A stretch of 64,000 nucleotides of DNA, taken from positions 2,085 through 66,084 of the forward strand of contig JAYQOK010000001.1 of assembly GCA_038144795.1 (NCBI GenBank). The letters run 5' to 3'. The stretch is from Candidatus Kuenenia sp. (GTDB taxonomy: Bacteria; Planctomycetota; Planctomycetia; Pirellulales; UBA1268). A model generated the notes under the pieces. The model was given only the letters and a program-made list of their open reading frames with translations, had not been told where the DNA came from and made no database searches. A program made the translations under genes and the position numbers. This document shows, piece by piece, positions 20,707 to 31,535 of this stretch. Position 1 is the first letter of the stretch. Each line of letters begins with the position of its first letter.

Positions 20707-21951
20707 TCACCACAACAGCGGCGGTCCATCAAGCCGCATAGTGTACTCAGTGCGAAAGGCCGCCAGGCGGCGATCACTCGTCTCCTTAGCCTCCATAGTG
20801 GCCGCCCCAGCGCGGAGCGCGGTGCTCACCACCCTCTCATCGATAACACCAAGGGCCCTGACCAGATTGAGTGCTTTTCCGACCCGCTGGTCGGCGGCGA
20901 TTCGCTCCTCAAGGTCAGCCCTGACCTGAGTAGCATCGACCTGCTCATGATCTGACCAGAGTGTCACCCAGCGCCCATCGGTCAATTGCGCCTCGAAGAC
21001 ACTCTCCACAGTCACCAGACCCTGTTCCGGCAGCGTTTGTACACGCGTCGCCCGGAACCGCCCCTCGCCCTGCGCTTGGTGCCTCGCTGACGCACGCCAA
21101 ACCTGCAGGGCAGCCTGCTGCTGCCCTGCTTGGTCATCTGCCTGAAGAAGAGCACCCACGCCCCCGGAGAACATCTTTATGATCACTGGCAAGAGGGTTT
21201 CGAATGCCGCCTCTCCGTCGTCGCGCACGACGAGATCACCAGAGCCCTGGAACGCGACCGGATCCCCATACGCGTCCTGGATGATCGCCATGCGTGCAAC
21301 CCACTCGTCCTCACCCTGCGGTAGAGGCGGAAGACGTTCGCCGAGCGTTGGTGCCGGCTCGCTAATATCGACCGACTTTTCCTTCAAGGCCCTCGCCAGG
21401 TTCTGCTGGGAGAGCGACTCAACGTCGGGAAGATCCTCGTGCCAGCCCCACTGCACAAGCCCTCGCCACACCGGGTCAGCCACAACTACATCTCGGATGG
21501 TTCCGGCTGGAAGCGGCAGCCAGAGAAACTGCGGTTGCGGCAGTGCAGGGGCATCGAGCAGGTCTGCGATCCGAGCCTGCTCCATTCGGAGAAAGACGAG
21601 GAGCACATCGCCATACCGATCACTGGACGCTCCCAGTATCGCCTCAATCCGCGTGGCAAGTTGCTCGAGCGCCTCACGGGAACGATGCTGTTCATTGGCG
21701 ATGGCCTCCTCCGCGAGCCCGGGTTCTGTCTGATGCAGCCATTGCCTGCGGACTAACATCAAGAGCCCACCATCGGGCTTTCTGCGAATGATCTGACCCC
21801 GCACGACGCTGCCGTCGTGCAATCGCACCACATCGGTACCCGCCCCGATAGCAGTGGTGGAACGCCCACCGAGGCCGAGCATCATGACAACGCCACACGT
21901 CAACGGCCAGAATGCGTTATGAAACACGGCAGACCTCAAGGGCAATGACAT
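20707..21951 (-). CDS. hypothetical protein with an N-terminal hydrophobic anchor/signal (414 aa)
   Basis: ORF with a genuine ATG, a hydrophobic N-terminus ([16 protein letters not shown]) and non-shadow amino-acid composition. Ends 35 nt upstream of the DUF1592-family gene on the same strand. No family recognised. Confidence 0.5.
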   Translation of the reverse strand: MSLPLRSAVFHNAFWPLTCGVVMMLGLGGRSTTAIGAGTDVVRLHDGSVVRGQIIRRKPDGGLLMLVRRQWLHQTEPGLAEEAIANEQHRSREALEQLATRIEAILGASSDRYGDVLLVFLRMEQARIADLLDAPALPQPQFLWLPLPAGTIRDVVVADPVWRGLVQWGWHEDLPDVESLSQQNLARALKEKSVDISEPAPTLGERLPPLPQGEDEWVARMAIIQDAYGDPVAFQGSGDLVVRDDGEAAFETLLPVIIKMFSGGVGALLQADDQAGQQQAALQVWRASARHQAQGEGRFRATRVQTLPEQGLVTVESVFEAQLTDGRWVTLWSDHEQVDATQVRADLEERIAADQRVGKALNLVRALGVIDERVVSTALRAGAATMEAKETSDRRLAAFRTEYTMRLDGPPLLW

Positions 21952-22082
21952 CGCTGCGGAAAATTGCCATCAAGCGTGATGGTCTATAGTGTAACTGGAA
22001 AACTATGAAGATCGCGAACTGATTTGATACCAACTGCTACGCACGGTCGGGACTCTACCTCGGCGATCGGCTCCCTCCGCTC

Positions 22083-25028
22083 ATGGAACTGCACAAGAAC
22101 CAGAGGCCGCTCGGGATGATCAAGAGCAGCGGACTGCGCGGAGGGTATCGGCTGTTGATCGGGTGTTGCCTGGCTTTAGGCAGCATGCTCACCCCCGTTC
22201 ACGCCAGCGATCCCCGTGATACCAAGCCTGGCGGCGGCGCCGAACTCTTTGTTCGACGGATTGAACCACTCCTGGCCGCCAAGTGTTTCGCGTGCCACGG
22301 GAACACTAACGAACCTGAGGGAGACTTCACGCTGACGAATCGGGAGGGGCTTCTGCGTGGCGGTGAGAGCGGTGATTCCGCTGTGGTGCCTGGCGATCCC
22401 GATAAGAGCCCCCTGGTGCGAGCGGTGGAGCGAACGAATGCGATCGTCTCGCCGATGCCGCCGAAGGAGGCGGAGCAACTCTCCGCCCGTGAAGTCGGCT
22501 GGTTGCGGCAGTGGATCGCCGCCGGGGCACCCTGGCCGGATACTGCCGAGGCTGCCGCGATCATACGCACGCGGGCCGACGCCTGGTCGGCTGAAGATGG
22601 CGTTGCGGTTTCGACATCAGGTGGACTCTCCGCAGTATGGACCAACCGCCGGTACGATCCGGCTGCGCTCTGGGGCTATCGACCGATTTTAAAGCCCAAG
22701 ATTCCGCCAGCGTTGGCGGAAGAGCACCCAGTTGATGCCCTGCTCGCGATGCACCGACCGGCAGGCTTGACGATCGCGCCGCGGGCCGACCGCCGCACAC
22801 TCCTACGACGGGCCACTTTTGATCTCACTGGCCTACCGCCGACCCCCGAAGAGATGGCCGCATTCGTCACTGATCCCCGCGATGACGTGCCTGCCTTCAA
22901 TGATGTCATCGATCGACTGCTGGCGAGCCCGCATTACGGGGAACGAATGGCTCAACACTGGCTCGACGTGACCCGCTACGCGGATTCCAGCGGCTTTGCC
23001 AATGATTACGAACGAGGCAATGCCTGGCGGTATCGCGATTATGTTGTGCGGTCTTTCAACAGCGACAAGCCGTTCGACCAGTTCATCCGCGAGCAGATGG
23101 CAGGGGATGAAATCGCTCCCGACGACCCTGAGGCGATCATTGCTACCGGATTTTTGCGCATGGGGCCCTGGGAACTCACCGGCATGGAGGTGGAAAAGAT
23201 CGCCAGGCAACGGTTTCTGGATGATGTGACCAATGCCATTGGAGAGGTCTTTCTTGGCCATGCGTTGCAGTGCGCCCGCTGCCATGATCACAAGTTTGAC
23301 CCGGTTCCGACGCGAGACTACTACGCCATCCAGGCGGTCTTCGCGACAACCCAGTTGGCGGAGCGAGCGGCTGCTTTTCTGCCGGAAGAAAACCGATCTG
23401 GCTTCGAAGAGCGACAGTATTTGGAGCAGTCGCAGGCCGCCCATCAACAGGCTATGGCATCGCTCGACGACACGCTGCTCGACAACGCGGGGCTCTGGTT
23501 CGAAGAACAGGGCAAAGATCCCTCGGCCTGGCGGGCCGCCGTTACCGAGGCCCGCCAGCGGCAGACCGATGGCACACGCCGGGACCGTAAGCAACTTCGC
23601 TATTCCGATGTCTTCGGCAGCGCCCGTCGGCTGCTCAAAGAACAGGGCATACCTGAGGCCGACTATCCGCCGAAACTCGTCGGGTTGACACCGGCAGAGT
23701 TCGGAATGGAGCGAATCGCCCGCAAGGGGCTGGAACGACTCCGCTGGGAATTCGACCGCTACGAGCCCTACGCGCTAGCAGTCTATTCCGGCGTCACGCC
23801 GAGTCTCAGAAATGTGTACGCGCCGCTGCGGATGCCGACGGATCCTCTGGATCGAGGCATTCGGGAAGAGACCTGCATCCTTGTCGGGGGTGATCCTTTT
23901 TCAGAAGGGCAGCGGGTGGAGCCGGGAGTGCTGAGCGTCCTCCATCAACAGGGCCCGCCGCCGGCATTTCCTGATGGCAATGCCATGGCTGGGCGGCGAC
24001 AGGCGTTTGCGTCGTGGGTGGCGGATTCGCAAAACCCGCTGACGACCCGGGTGATCGTCAACCGAATTTGGATGTGGCATTTCGGTGTCCCTTTGGCAGG
24101 GAACCCCAACAACTTTGGCGGCACCGGCAAACGGCCAACCCACCCGGAGTTGCTCGACTGGCTGGCAGCGACCTTCGTCGAGCAGGGCTGGTCATTCAAA
24201 ACGATGCACCGTCGGATCATGCTGTCTGCAGCCTATCGGCGCCAGAGCCTCCATCCTGATCCTGACGGGCTTCGAGAACAGGATCCGCTGGGGCTTGGCT
24301 ACGCGGCCTTTCGACAGCGTCGACTGACTGCCGAAGAGATTCGGGATGCCATGCTGGCCACCAGTGGTGAATTGAATCCCGATGTCGGCGGCATTCCGGT
24401 CCGCCCGGAAATAAACCTCGAGGCGGCGTTGCAGCCGCGGCAGGTGATGGGCACGTTTGCAGCCGCTTGGGTGCCACACCCGCTGCCTGAGCAGCGGCAT
24501 CGGCGTTCACTCTACACGCTCAAACTGCGCGGGCTCCGTGATCCGGGGCTGGAGGTCTTCAACGCGCCGGGCCCTGATTTTTCCTGTGAACGCCGCGACA
24601 CGAGCACCGTGACACCGCAGGTCTTCGCGCTCTTCAACAGTCGTGCCACACATGCTCGAGCCCTGGCCCTCGCGAACCGCGTCTTGAGGGAAGCCTCCAG
24701 CGACGAAGCCGCTATCGAACGGTGCTTCGCACTCGCCTTCGGCCGAGTCGCCCGTGGTGGCGAGATGCAGGCCTGCCTGACACACTGGCGACAGATGGAA
24801 GGAGTGGAACGAGACGCGGTCTACCCGCGTCATCAGCTGCCCCGGACGGTTCTGCGCGAGGCGATTGAAGAAAATACGGGGGTGCCCTTCACCTTCACTG
24901 AGACGCTCCATGCGAACGCCGATTTCGTTCCCGACCTCCAGCCAGCCGACTGCGACGTACGCACTCGAGCCTTCGCCAATGTCTGCCTTGTGCTGCTCAA
25001 CTCCAACGAGTTTCTTCATGTCGATTGA
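22083..25028 (+). CDS. DUF1549 + DUF1553 (PSD1-type) protein with an N-terminal planctomycete cytochrome c motif
   Basis: CFACH at 22284..22298. LRRATFDLTGLPPTPEEM...SPHYGERMAQHWLDVTRYADS (DUF1549). CARCHDHKFDP. NPLTTRVIVNRIWMWHFG...THPELLDWLA (DUF1553). C-terminal LLNSNEFLHVD. Confidence 0.88.
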   Translation: MELHKNQRPLGMIKSSGLRGGYRLLIGCCLALGSMLTPVHASDPRDTKPGGGAELFVRRIEPLLAAKCFACHGNTNEPEGDFTLTNREGLLRGGESGDSAVVPGDPDKSPLVRAVERTNAIVSPMPPKEAEQLSAREVGWLRQWIAAGAPWPDTAEAAAIIRTRADAWSAEDGVAVSTSGGLSAVWTNRRYDPAALWGYRPILKPKIPPALAEEHPVDALLAMHRPAGLTIAPRADRRTLLRRATFDLTGLPPTPEEMAAFVTDPRDDVPAFNDVIDRLLASPHYGERMAQHWLDVTRYADSSGFANDYERGNAWRYRDYVVRSFNSDKPFDQFIREQMAGDEIAPDDPEAIIATGFLRMGPWELTGMEVEKIARQRFLDDVTNAIGEVFLGHALQCARCHDHKFDPVPTRDYYAIQAVFATTQLAERAAAFLPEENRSGFEERQYLEQSQAAHQQAMASLDDTLLDNAGLWFEEQGKDPSAWRAAVTEARQRQTDGTRRDRKQLRYSDVFGSARRLLKEQGIPEADYPPKLVGLTPAEFGMERIARKGLERLRWEFDRYEPYALAVYSGVTPSLRNVYAPLRMPTDPLDRGIREETCILVGGDPFSEGQRVEPGVLSVLHQQGPPPAFPDGNAMAGRRQAFASWVADSQNPLTTRVIVNRIWMWHFGVPLAGNPNNFGGTGKRPTHPELLDWLAATFVEQGWSFKTMHRRIMLSAAYRRQSLHPDPDGLREQDPLGLGYAAFRQRRLTAEEIRDAMLATSGELNPDVGGIPVRPEINLEAALQPRQVMGTFAAAWVPHPLPEQRHRRSLYTLKLRGLRDPGLEVFNAPGPDFSCERRDTSTVTPQVFALFNSRATHARALALANRVLREASSDEAAIERCFALAFGRVARGGEMQACLTHWRQMEGVERDAVYPRHQLPRTVLREAIEENTGVPFTFTETLHANADFVPDLQPADCDVRTRAFANVCLVLLNSNEFLHVD

Positions 25029-26445
25029 AACCACCTCCGGCCGCACCGCCATGCCCACGCGTCGGGACGTGCTCTATGGTCTCGGCGCCTCGCTGGGGAG
25101 TGTCGCCTTTTCAGCCCTTCTGGCCGCCGAAGACCGGTCTCCAGCGCCGTCTCCGCTCGAACCGCGATCCCGACATTTTCCGCAAGCAAAGGCACGGAAT
25201 GTCATCTTTCTGATGATGGAAGGGGGGCCCTCCCACATCGACACCTTTGACCCCAAGCCAGCACTCGACCAAAGGCACCTCGAGGAGTTTATCCGCGACG
25301 ATGACAAGCAATCAGCAATGGCGAGCGGCAAGCGATATTACGTGCGGAGCCCATTTCGCTTCATCAAGGCAGGGCAGAGCGGCGCGGACATGGCGGAGAA
25401 CTGGGCTCACTTGGCCGGCGTGGCCGACGAGATCTGTTTCTTTCGCGGCTGCACCGTCGATAGCGTCAACCACCCCACAGCCATGTACCAGATGAACTGC
25501 GGGAACCGATTTGGCGGTGATCCGGCAATCGGTTCTTGGGTGACCTATGGCCTCGGCTCCGAGAACCAGGACCTCCCCGGCTTCATTGTCCTGCCGGAGT
25601 TGAGTTTTCCACAGGGGGGCGCAGCGAATTGGAGCAACGGCTACCTCCCGGCCCGTTACCAAGGGACGCCGCTGCGACCGAAGGGATCGCCGATCCTCGA
25701 TCTCTCACCGCCGCCAGGTGTGACGACCGAACACCAGCGGAAAAATCTTGATTTTCTCTCTCAACTCAATGCTGCGCATGCCGAGTCGCACCCTGGACAG
25801 GATGATCTTCGAGCCCGAATGACCAGCTACGAACTTGCGTTTCGTATGCAGATGCAGGTTCCCGAGGTACTCGACCTTTCCAGGGAAGATGAACGGACCC
25901 GGGATCTTTACGGCATCGGGAAGACCGGCACCAATGCCTTCGGTCGAAAGTGCCTGCTGGCCCGCAAACTCGTGGAGACGGGCGTGCGATTTGTCCAGCT
26001 CTATCACGGCTCGTGGGACAGTCACGACTCGATCGAGCGGGCACACGGCAGTCTCGTCGAGGCAGTCGACCAGCCGATAGCGGCCCTGCTTACTGATCTC
26101 AAGCAGCGTGGGCTCCTCGAGAGCACGCTCGTCGTCTGGTGCGGTGAGTTTGGCCGGACGCCCGACAACGGTGTGCGGGGGGGCATCGCCTACGGCCGTG
26201 ACCACAACCCTAACGCGATGACGATCTGGCTGGCCGGCGGCGGCTGTCGAGCCGGACACACAATCGGAGCCACCGACGAACTCGGTGCCGAGGCGGTTGA
26301 GGATGTGCGGCACGTTCGTGACTTCCACGTGACGCTGCTGAGGCTTCTCGGACTTGATGACAATCGGCTCACCTTCTACCACGCTGGTCGTTTCAAGCAA
26401 CTCAGTCAGTTTGGTGGCCAGGTCATCGAGGAGCTGATCGGCTAA
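25018..26445 (+). CDS. DUF1501 domain-containing protein (sulfatase-like fold, Tat signal)
   Basis: ORF 24865..26445. The real start is probably Met52 (25018) or Met63 (25051, MPTRRDVLYGLGASLG). GGPSHIDTFDPKP and CGEFGRTP...GRDHN hallmarks. Confidence 0.88.
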   Translation: MSIETTSGRTAMPTRRDVLYGLGASLGSVAFSALLAAEDRSPAPSPLEPRSRHFPQAKARNVIFLMMEGGPSHIDTFDPKPALDQRHLEEFIRDDDKQSAMASGKRYYVRSPFRFIKAGQSGADMAENWAHLAGVADEICFFRGCTVDSVNHPTAMYQMNCGNRFGGDPAIGSWVTYGLGSENQDLPGFIVLPELSFPQGGAANWSNGYLPARYQGTPLRPKGSPILDLSPPPGVTTEHQRKNLDFLSQLNAAHAESHPGQDDLRARMTSYELAFRMQMQVPEVLDLSREDERTRDLYGIGKTGTNAFGRKCLLARKLVETGVRFVQLYHGSWDSHDSIERAHGSLVEAVDQPIAALLTDLKQRGLLESTLVVWCGEFGRTPDNGVRGGIAYGRDHNPNAMTIWLAGGGCRAGHTIGATDELGAEAVEDVRHVRDFHVTLLRLLGLDDNRLTFYHAGRFKQLSQFGGQVIEELIG

Positions 26446-26508
26446 CTGTTGAGCCCCAAGATATCGTTGCCCAGCCGTGTGCCTCCTCCAGCCCTTTGTG
26501 CCCGTCGC

Positions 26509-27444
26509 TCACTCGATCAGGAGTGGCTCCGGCATGAACGTGATCACCGGGATCAGGAGCGCAAAGAGGCCGAGCGTGGTGCGGACAAGCCCGAGGGGCC
26601 GGCCGTCCTGAAGGATCGGTGGATGATCGGTGCCCATCAGCATCACGATCACCACCATCGCGATCCAGTTGTAGAGCCCGAGCACCGCGATCGCGACGAC
26701 CGCTCCGGCCAACACGCTGCGGGCCACCCACTTTGATTGCCGGCCAAAGATCGCGTAGCTCACATGGCCGCCATCGAGTTGGCTCACCGGAATCATGTTG
26801 AGCCCCGTCACCAGCAGCCCCACCCAGCCTGCCATGAAGAGGGCATTGGGCTCGATTCCGTTCGCAGCGTCTGGCCGCACCGTGACGAGCATCCAGCGGG
26901 CCAGCGGCGAGAGTGCAAACGGGCTCGAGTCGCTCGGGGTGCCGAAGAGCATCCCCACCGCCATCACCGGCACCGCAATCACGAGCCCGGCGATCGGCCC
27001 GGCCAGCGCGATGTCGAAGAGCTGCCGACGGTTGGCCCGTGAGCCCTCCATACCGATCACGGCGCCGAGGGTGCCGGTGAGCAGAACCGGCACCGGCAGG
27101 AAGAAGGGCAGCGTCGCCGGAATGCGATGCCACCAGGCGGTGACGAAATGCCCTGCCTCGTGCGCCGTGAGCACCGCCATCACGGCCACCATGTAGGTCA
27201 GGCCGCGCGACCACTGCTGGGAGAGCTTGGCGAGCATGTCGTCATCAAAGCCGAGGAGCATCGGCTCCCAGCCCACCACACCGGCGGCAAACGTCGTAAG
27301 GCATGTGAGCAGGTAAAGTAGCGCCTGCAGCCGAAGCCGCCGAATCTCCGGCGAACGCGAGCGACGTCGACGGGCTGCCAACTCCCGCGATTCGGCAGGA
27401 GCGGCCGGCGTTTGTGGGTCGTTGGGAAAGGACTCCGGCTGCAT
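26509..27444 (-). CDS. site-2 protease family (peptidase M50) membrane metalloprotease
   Basis: HEAGH zinc motif within a TM helix and a downstream NMIPVSQLDGGH motif. Polytopic membrane protein. Confidence 0.8.
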   Translation of the reverse strand: MQPESFPNDPQTPAAPAESRELAARRRRSRSPEIRRLRLQALLYLLTCLTTFAAGVVGWEPMLLGFDDDMLAKLSQQWSRGLTYMVAVMAVLTAHEAGHFVTAWWHRIPATLPFFLPVPVLLTGTLGAVIGMEGSRANRRQLFDIALAGPIAGLVIAVPVMAVGMLFGTPSDSSPFALSPLARWMLVTVRPDAANGIEPNALFMAGWVGLLVTGLNMIPVSQLDGGHVSYAIFGRQSKWVARSVLAGAVVAIAVLGLYNWIAMVVIVMLMGTDHPPILQDGRPLGLVRTTLGLFALLIPVITFMPEPLLIE

Positions 27445-27547
27445 GCGGCCCGAGGATACCGGTTTTTGCCAGCCTACTGGTACACTGCGTCAGAGTTCGA
27501 TCACCACTTCACGGTCCCCGACGGATCGGCTTCCAGGAGATTCTTCG

Positions 27548-29254
27548 ATGCGACGAGTCGCTTCGCCCGCCGGAATCGGTGCGGCTGCTCCCCTGCTCTG
27601 CTTCGTTCTCGCCGTGGCGACGGTCGTTGCCGGCCAGTCCGCCGCCCGGGCCGACGAGCCAACGGTGCTCGGGGTCGTCGCTGTTGATGGATACGCCGAT
27701 CTCAAGAAGCAACTCGGCTGGCTGGGAGGCCAAGTCGGCCAGCCAGGGCTGGCGGGCATCGCGGAGTCGCTTCTCATGGTGGCCACACAGGGTCAAGGCC
27801 TCGCCGGGCTGGATGTCACGCGGCCACTCGGCGCGGTCGTCACCGTCGCCAACGGCATGCCGATCGTGCATGGATATGTGCCAGTCAAAAATCTCGACAA
27901 ACTCCTCGAATCGCTGCAAGGCACGCTCGGGCCAGTGGAACGCGAAGGCGATGCCCGCCGCATAACGCTCCGAAATGGAATTCCGCTTGAGTTCAAGGAG
28001 AAAGCCACCGCGGGCGGCGCCTGGGCCGTGACGGCGATCCCCGGCAGCCCTGCCGGTGTCGATGACCCACTGCCCCTTTTGAATCAGGTTGTCGGCCCCT
28101 TCTCGCTCGGCATCCGCCTGTTTCCCAGCGTGATGCCCGAGCCATTGCGGCAACAGCTGGAGATGATCCTCGAACAGGCCGCCAACTCGGCCGGCGAGCA
28201 GGGCCAGCCGATCGATCCCGAGGCGGTTCGTGGATTCGTCACCAATCTGCAAGACACCGAGTCGCTCGCCCTCGGGCTGGCCATCGATCTGCCGGGCGAG
28301 CAGCTCTTCGTGGAGGCCAGTTCGTCGCAGGTCGCCGGCTCGACAGCCGCCGCCACCGTTGCTGCCGCCGCCCAGGGCACGCTCACCGTAGGCATGCCGG
28401 CCGCGGCTAATTACGCAAAGCCGGCGATCCGCGGCCACGTCGCCCAGTCGCTGCCTCCCGAGCTGAAAGCTGGGATCACGAAGTCGATCGATGAGGCGCT
28501 CGATAAGAATGAAGACGAGCCGCTCGCGAACTCGCTCGGCAAAGCCGGCCGCAGCCTGCTCGCCGCGATGCTCGAGGCCGGCGGCATCGACGCCGCGGTC
28601 ACGGTCGATACCAGTCCTACCACAGCGGAATCTCCTCTCCCTCATGTAACACTTGGCGTTCGCATCAAGGATGGCAAGGGGCTTGAGGCGACGCTCAAGC
28701 AGCTGCTTGGTGGCGATGCAGCCCTGCCGGCGGGGATGAAGGTGGTGTTTGGCACCGGCACGGCCGGCAACGCCACGCTCCATACGATCACGCTCGATCT
28801 CGCCGACTCGCCCGCAGCCGAGCAGCTTGGTGACTCGATCGACCTCACGCTCGCGGTGGCCCCGGAGTATGCGTTTGTGCTGGCTGGTGGCGATGTGAAG
28901 GCCCGGGCGGCCGCAGCGCTGGCCGCCAGTGGCAAGCCCGATCCGTCAGCCGGGCCGATCGCCGGCCTGCAGGCGGCACTCGATGGCCTGTTTGCCTATG
29001 CCGCGGCCCGCAGCAAAGGCGACGAGGCCGAGCAGGCCGAGAAGGCGGCCGAGGTGGCTCGCAAAGCGGGCGGCGGCGCGGTTGAGGTCACTGTGAAGCC
29101 AATCGAGCGGGGAGTCGCCACTCGGCTGGCGGTTGACGCCGCGGCCTTGAAGGCGGCGGCCGCAATGGTGGCCGCCCAGCAAGAAGGGGGCCTAGGAGGC
29201 GGCGGAGCGGTGCCGCTGCCGCAGGGCTTCCCGATTCCGCTGCCCGTGCGATGA
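27548..29254 (+). CDS. hypothetical Ala-rich secreted protein (568 aa)
   Basis: ORF 27422..29254. Met43 gives a signal peptide (MRRVASPAGIGAAAPLLCFVLAVATVVAGQSAARA). The antisense 424-aa ORF is Arg-rich shadow. No family recognised. Confidence 0.5.
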   Translation: MRRVASPAGIGAAAPLLCFVLAVATVVAGQSAARADEPTVLGVVAVDGYADLKKQLGWLGGQVGQPGLAGIAESLLMVATQGQGLAGLDVTRPLGAVVTVANGMPIVHGYVPVKNLDKLLESLQGTLGPVEREGDARRITLRNGIPLEFKEKATAGGAWAVTAIPGSPAGVDDPLPLLNQVVGPFSLGIRLFPSVMPEPLRQQLEMILEQAANSAGEQGQPIDPEAVRGFVTNLQDTESLALGLAIDLPGEQLFVEASSSQVAGSTAAATVAAAAQGTLTVGMPAAANYAKPAIRGHVAQSLPPELKAGITKSIDEALDKNEDEPLANSLGKAGRSLLAAMLEAGGIDAAVTVDTSPTTAESPLPHVTLGVRIKDGKGLEATLKQLLGGDAALPAGMKVVFGTGTAGNATLHTITLDLADSPAAEQLGDSIDLTLAVAPEYAFVLAGGDVKARAAAALAASGKPDPSAGPIAGLQAALDGLFAYAAARSKGDEAEQAEKAAEVARKAGGGAVEVTVKPIERGVATRLAVDAAALKAAAAMVAAQQEGGLGGGGAVPLPQGFPIPLPVR

Positions 29255-29402
29255 CTGTCTCTATGACAGCCCACCACGAAGCCATTCGCCACACAATCGC
29301 CGGAGCGAGCGTGCGGCAGCCCGCCGAACTGGTCGCGTCGATCCCTTGAAAAAACAGCAGGACCGCCACTGGAGCCACCATCACAATCATCACTTTTTCC
29401 GC

Positions 29403-31535
29403 ATGTGCCGCCGTCGACTGTCCTCCCTGATCTTTTTGTTGGTGCTCTTAATGATGCCTGCCATGCCTGCTACTTCTGCTACCGACGATCCCTCTCTCGC
29501 TAACTGGCAAGGGCCGTTCGGGGGTGTGCCACCCTTTGATCGGGCGACTGCGGCTATCCTAGGGTCCACGCTGGAGGCGGCGATGGCCGACGAGCTGGCG
29601 GCAGTGGAGCGAATTGCCGCCAATCCGGCCCCGGCGAACTTCGACAACACGATCGTAGCGCTGGAGCGAGCGGGACAGAGCCTCGACCGCGTGAGAACGA
29701 TCTACTCGGTGATGACGAGCAACCTCGCTGACGACGCCGTACAGGCGGTAGAGCGGGACATGTCGCCGAAGCTCGCTGCACACGGCGACACGATCGTGCA
29801 GAACGAACGGCTCTTCGCTCGCATCAAGTCGGTCTACGGTACACGCGAAACAGCGGGGCTCACGCCGGAGCAGCAGCGGCTGACGTGGCTGAACTACACG
29901 AACTTTTTACGGCAGGGGGCCGCCCTCGACACCACGGCGAAAATGCAACTGGCTGAGATCAACAGTCGGCTGGCCACGCTGACGACTGACTTTTCGCAGC
30001 ACGTGCTCGCCGATGAGACCGATCAGTTTGTGGTGGTTGAGGATTGTGATCGGCTGGCCGGGCTGCCAGAGTCGCTCATCGCCGCTGCCAAGAAGGAGGC
30101 AGTGCGACGCGGTGTAGCCGGCTGGGCGATTGCCAACACCCGCTCGGTGATCGAGCCCGTACTAACACTCGCACACGACCGCCGCTTGCGGGAAGAGGCC
30201 TGGCGGATGTTTGTCGGCCGGGGCGAGCACGCCGGCCCGACCGACACGCGGCCGATCATTCAAGAGGTCGTCGCCCTCCGATATCAGCGAGCCAATCTGC
30301 TGGGGTATTCCACGCACGCCCATTGGCAACTCGAGCATGCGATGGCCCGAACACCGGATCGGGCGATGGCTCTCATGGAGGAGGTTTGGCAGCCAGCCGT
30401 GGCAACAGCCGCCGATGAGGTGGCGGCGATGCAAGCCATCGCGGATGCCGAGGGAGCACGCCTCACGATCGAGCCGTGGGATTACCGTTTTTATGCCGAG
30501 AAAGTTCGATTGCGCGACTACGACCTCGACGAGACGGAGATTGTGCCGTACCTGCAGCTGGAGAAACTGCGGGAGGGGATGTTCTTCGTTGCGGCAAAAC
30601 TATTTGGCCTGCACTTCCGTCCTGTGGCGAAGGGACTGCCGGTGTTTCATCCCGATGTGCGGGTCTGGGAGGTAACCGATCCCAATGGCACGCACGTAGG
30701 GCTGTGGTACTTCGATCCCTTTGCACGCACAGGCAAACGCTCGGGGGCGTGGATGAGTAGCTACCGTTCACAGTCGCTCTTTGATGGCGGTACGACTGCC
30801 ATTGTGTCAAACAACTGCAATTTCACGAAACCTCCGGAGGGGGAGGCGGTCACAATTTCGTGGACCGATGCAACCACGCTCTTCCATGAGTTTGGGCATG
30901 CGCTGCACGGCCTCTCGTCGCGGGTGGGCTATCCATCACTTTCCGGTACGCAAGTGCCCCGCGACTACGTAGAGTTTCCCTCGCAGGTGCTCGAGCACTG
31001 GCTCGCCACACCTGAGATCCTCGAACGGTATGCCCTGCATGTTGAAACAGGAGAGCCGATCCCAAAGTCGCTTGTTAAGAAGATCGAAGCTGCAGCCACG
31101 TTCAACGAGGGCTTCGCGACGGTGGAGTTTCTGGCCAGTGCACTTGTCGACATGAAGCTTCATCAGGCCACGCCACCGATCGATCCGGCAGCGTTTGAGC
31201 GGGACACCCTCGCGGAGTTCGGCATGCCCCGCGAGATTGTGATGCGACACCGCCTGCCACACTTTCTCCACCTCTTCACGGGCGATGCCTATTCCGCGGC
31301 CTACTACAGCTACCTTTGGGCAGACGTGCTGACGGCCGACGCCTGGGAGGCGTTTACCGAGGCGGCGGGGCCGTGGGACGCAGACGTGGCCAGCCGACTG
31401 GTGGAGCACGTGTTTTCAGCCGGCAACACGAGCGATGCAGCCGACGCCTACCGTGCTTTCAGAGGACGGGATCCAGAAACAGCAGCGCTAATGCGGAAAA
31501 GAGGCTTTCTGCCTCAGCAAGATGCTGCTCACTAA
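29403..31535 (+). CDS. dcp: M3 family metallopeptidase (peptidyl-dipeptidase Dcp-like), secreted
   Basis: HEFGHALHG zinc motif, YSAAYYSYLWADVL and other M3 signatures. Start moved to the ATG at Met20, which precedes a signal peptide. Confidence 0.88.
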   Translation: MCRRRLSSLIFLLVLLMMPAMPATSATDDPSLANWQGPFGGVPPFDRATAAILGSTLEAAMADELAAVERIAANPAPANFDNTIVALERAGQSLDRVRTIYSVMTSNLADDAVQAVERDMSPKLAAHGDTIVQNERLFARIKSVYGTRETAGLTPEQQRLTWLNYTNFLRQGAALDTTAKMQLAEINSRLATLTTDFSQHVLADETDQFVVVEDCDRLAGLPESLIAAAKKEAVRRGVAGWAIANTRSVIEPVLTLAHDRRLREEAWRMFVGRGEHAGPTDTRPIIQEVVALRYQRANLLGYSTHAHWQLEHAMARTPDRAMALMEEVWQPAVATAADEVAAMQAIADAEGARLTIEPWDYRFYAEKVRLRDYDLDETEIVPYLQLEKLREGMFFVAAKLFGLHFRPVAKGLPVFHPDVRVWEVTDPNGTHVGLWYFDPFARTGKRSGAWMSSYRSQSLFDGGTTAIVSNNCNFTKPPEGEAVTISWTDATTLFHEFGHALHGLSSRVGYPSLSGTQVPRDYVEFPSQVLEHWLATPEILERYALHVETGEPIPKSLVKKIEAAATFNEGFATVEFLASALVDMKLHQATPPIDPAAFERDTLAEFGMPREIVMRHRLPHFLHLFTGDAYSAAYYSYLWADVLTADAWEAFTEAAGPWDADVASRLVEHVFSAGNTSDAADAYRAFRGRDPETAALMRKRGFLPQQDAAH

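Noticed and set aside
24865-25017. The 5' extension of the DUF1501 ORF, overlapping 164 nt of the upstream gene. Similar long N-terminal extensions occur in tracked ORFs at 1839..3014, 5111..6208, 15565..16956, 18225..20777, 31730..33376, 46795..54243, 53927..57484 and 59212..61944.
   Set aside because: In every case an internal Met gives a canonical signal or Tat peptide. That Met also removes the overlap with the neighbouring gene or creates a short coupling overlap. The extensions have shadow-like composition.
27509-28783. 424-aa minus-strand ORF.
   Set aside because: It is antisense to the 27548..29254 gene, which has a proper signal peptide and balanced composition. The minus-frame product is Arg/Gly-rich with no hydrophobic core pattern.
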